From positions 8,173,625-8,237,624 of the forward strand of contig CM082579.2 of assembly GCA_040954595.2 (NCBI GenBank): 64,000 bases of DNA, in the 5' to 3' direction. Shown piece by piece: positions 62,343 to 64,000 of this stretch (the first letter of the stretch is position 1; the number at the start of each line of letters is the position of its first letter). A model generated the notes under the pieces. It did not search any database. It was given only the letters and a program-made list of their open reading frames with translations, and had not been told where the DNA came from. Both the position numbers and the translations under genes were made by a program. This DNA is from Balanoglossus misakiensis (Eukaryota; Animalia; Hemichordata).

Positions 62343-62657
62343 GTACACATTGAAAGTTTATGTGTTTTCAGATTCACGGCCGTGATAGTCTGGCTGTTCA
62401 CATCACATTGACACTGTTGGGGTTGTACTTTTATGTTTGATGTCTACAAATACACCGGCATTGACAAAACTATGCAATAATCTTTGCCCCATGGACTGTA
62501 GCACACGCATTAGGCCTACACTCCGTATTATAATAAACCCTTTCGTTATCAGCAACAAAGAGACAAACATGACGTACATATAAAAATAAAATTATCTAAT
62601 ATACTTGTAGGCTGATATCTGATCGACGTTTGTGTTCTTGACAGCATCCAAGCAGTA

Positions 62658-64000
62658 ATGGTTACCATGACGTCCCGCCTGTTCGGTGTCTGTATCTTAA
62701 TGGCATGTTTGGTCGCCATGGCATCTGCAGTTGATAGGACCGGCTGTGGTAACACTAAGGCCTGCTACTCCGACCCTGAGCACTGTAACCCGTCATCTGG
62801 TCAGTGCGACTTCTTCCTGTCGTTCAAGGAGAACGGGGCAGACAACACAAAAATTGACTTTGAACTTGTGGGTAATCGTACTGGATCAAATGGCGTTGGC
62901 TGGGTGGGCGTTGCCTTTTCTTACGACAAAGCCATGGTAAGTAAGATCTGTGTTTGTTTGTTTGTTTGTTTGTTTGTTTGTTTTTCTACAGAGTTAATTC
63001 GTCGATTTGTAAGTTCTACTTCCATGATTATGTACGGTATATGAAATTAGAGGTGACCGTATACCTTTAAGGACCCACGGACAATTTTTAAAACAATGCT
63101 TAATTTGATGTCTTGACTAACGCTTCTCGATCAATTTTCTGGATGCAGGGCAATGACAGTGGGGTTATGTGCATCAACGACGGTGGCAGCTTTCTGTACA
63201 GGACATTTTTCAATCACGGTCAAGTCAACGTTGTGGATGCAAACTCGGTAAGTCATTCAATGAGAGTAATGTCGAAAATGAAACTCGGAGACACGAACCG
63301 TGCATGTGTTGCTAGAATATACCTTTCTGTGAAATATGGAACGTAAGTACGTGCACGCATGGACTCGAGTAGTGTGCACACACAGGACACCTCATAGTCA
63401 TGTATGACAGCGGAACATTCAAATTTCTACTCGTTGCAGGTGGGGCTTTCCCACACCAGCAACGGCGTCAGTGACGGAATCATATCGTGCTCCTTCACCC
63501 GTGCAAAATCCGTTGCGAACGAGCCACAATTCTTTGATCTCTCGATGGACTACTACTTGTTGATGGGAACCGGACCCTGCAATAACGGTAAACACCGTCT
63601 CTTGTCACTTTGTTTTACTTTCATGGCGAATCATCTGACCCCTCTGACAGAGGTTTCGCCATTTTGACAGAAGGTACGCCGATCGTTCGCTCCCGAAGCC
63701 CCATGTTCCAGTTCTCGTCAGGAAATGACGTTATCGGTGTTCTTTGAATTGCGGCCTTTTTTTGTGTAACGGTTATCGGTGACGAATTTTAACTTTTGAA
63801 AATTCGAGATTTAGCAAATCACAGATTTTCACTGGGTGGTCACATGTGCGGCACAGATAGTTTCTTGAGAAGCTGTACGATTATTTCCTGAATGGTGCTT
63901 GAATTTCCAACTTTCGTCGTAGGTGTCTGCGCCGAGCACGAAGCACTGCCTGTGGCTTCCTTGGCCAAGGTGAACTTCAACAGCACTGATGACGTCATGG
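62658..64000 (+). CDS. DOMON-domain protein 3 (FRRS1-like), 3' end outside the window
   Basis: Exons 62658-62936, 63149-63247, 63440-63587 and 63923->64000 (phases 0,0,1). Signal peptide, then GCGNTKACYSDPEHCNP, GWVGVAFSYDKAMGNDSGVMC, DGIISCSFTR, FFDLSMDYYLLMGTGP, GVCAEHEALPVAS. Confidence 0.9.
62951..62982. repeat. (GTTT)n microsatellite in DOMON-3 intron 1
   Basis: Directly visible. Confidence 0.9.

Overview
This is AT-rich, intron-containing animal genomic DNA. It is most plausibly from an invertebrate deuterostome, though the species cannot be fixed from sequence alone. Gene models were built by hand from GT-AG boundaries with consistent phases. Left to right: the last two coding exons of AKAP17A (+); a complete 19-coding-exon LARP1 (-, ~1030 aa, with La motif, PAM2-like motif and DM15); a complete 3-exon PGRMC (-, 197 aa); then three diverged signal-peptide + DOMON-domain paralogues of the FRRS1/FRRS1L type (+, the third runs off the window). 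Interleaved with the DOMON genes are an intronless BTB-BACK-degenerate-kelch gene (-) and a candidate 84-aa single-pass membrane microprotein (-). The most striking structure is four identical tRNA-Ala(AGC) genes inside DOMON gene 1: two sense copies in intron 1 and two antisense copies in intron 2. They form an inverted repeat around a frame-neutral 99-nt exon. Non-autonomous DNA transposons with readable TIR/TSD signatures sit in introns and spacers (5-bp, 3-bp TAA, 9-bp and TTAA target duplications). No CRISPR, rRNA or autonomous transposase was seen.
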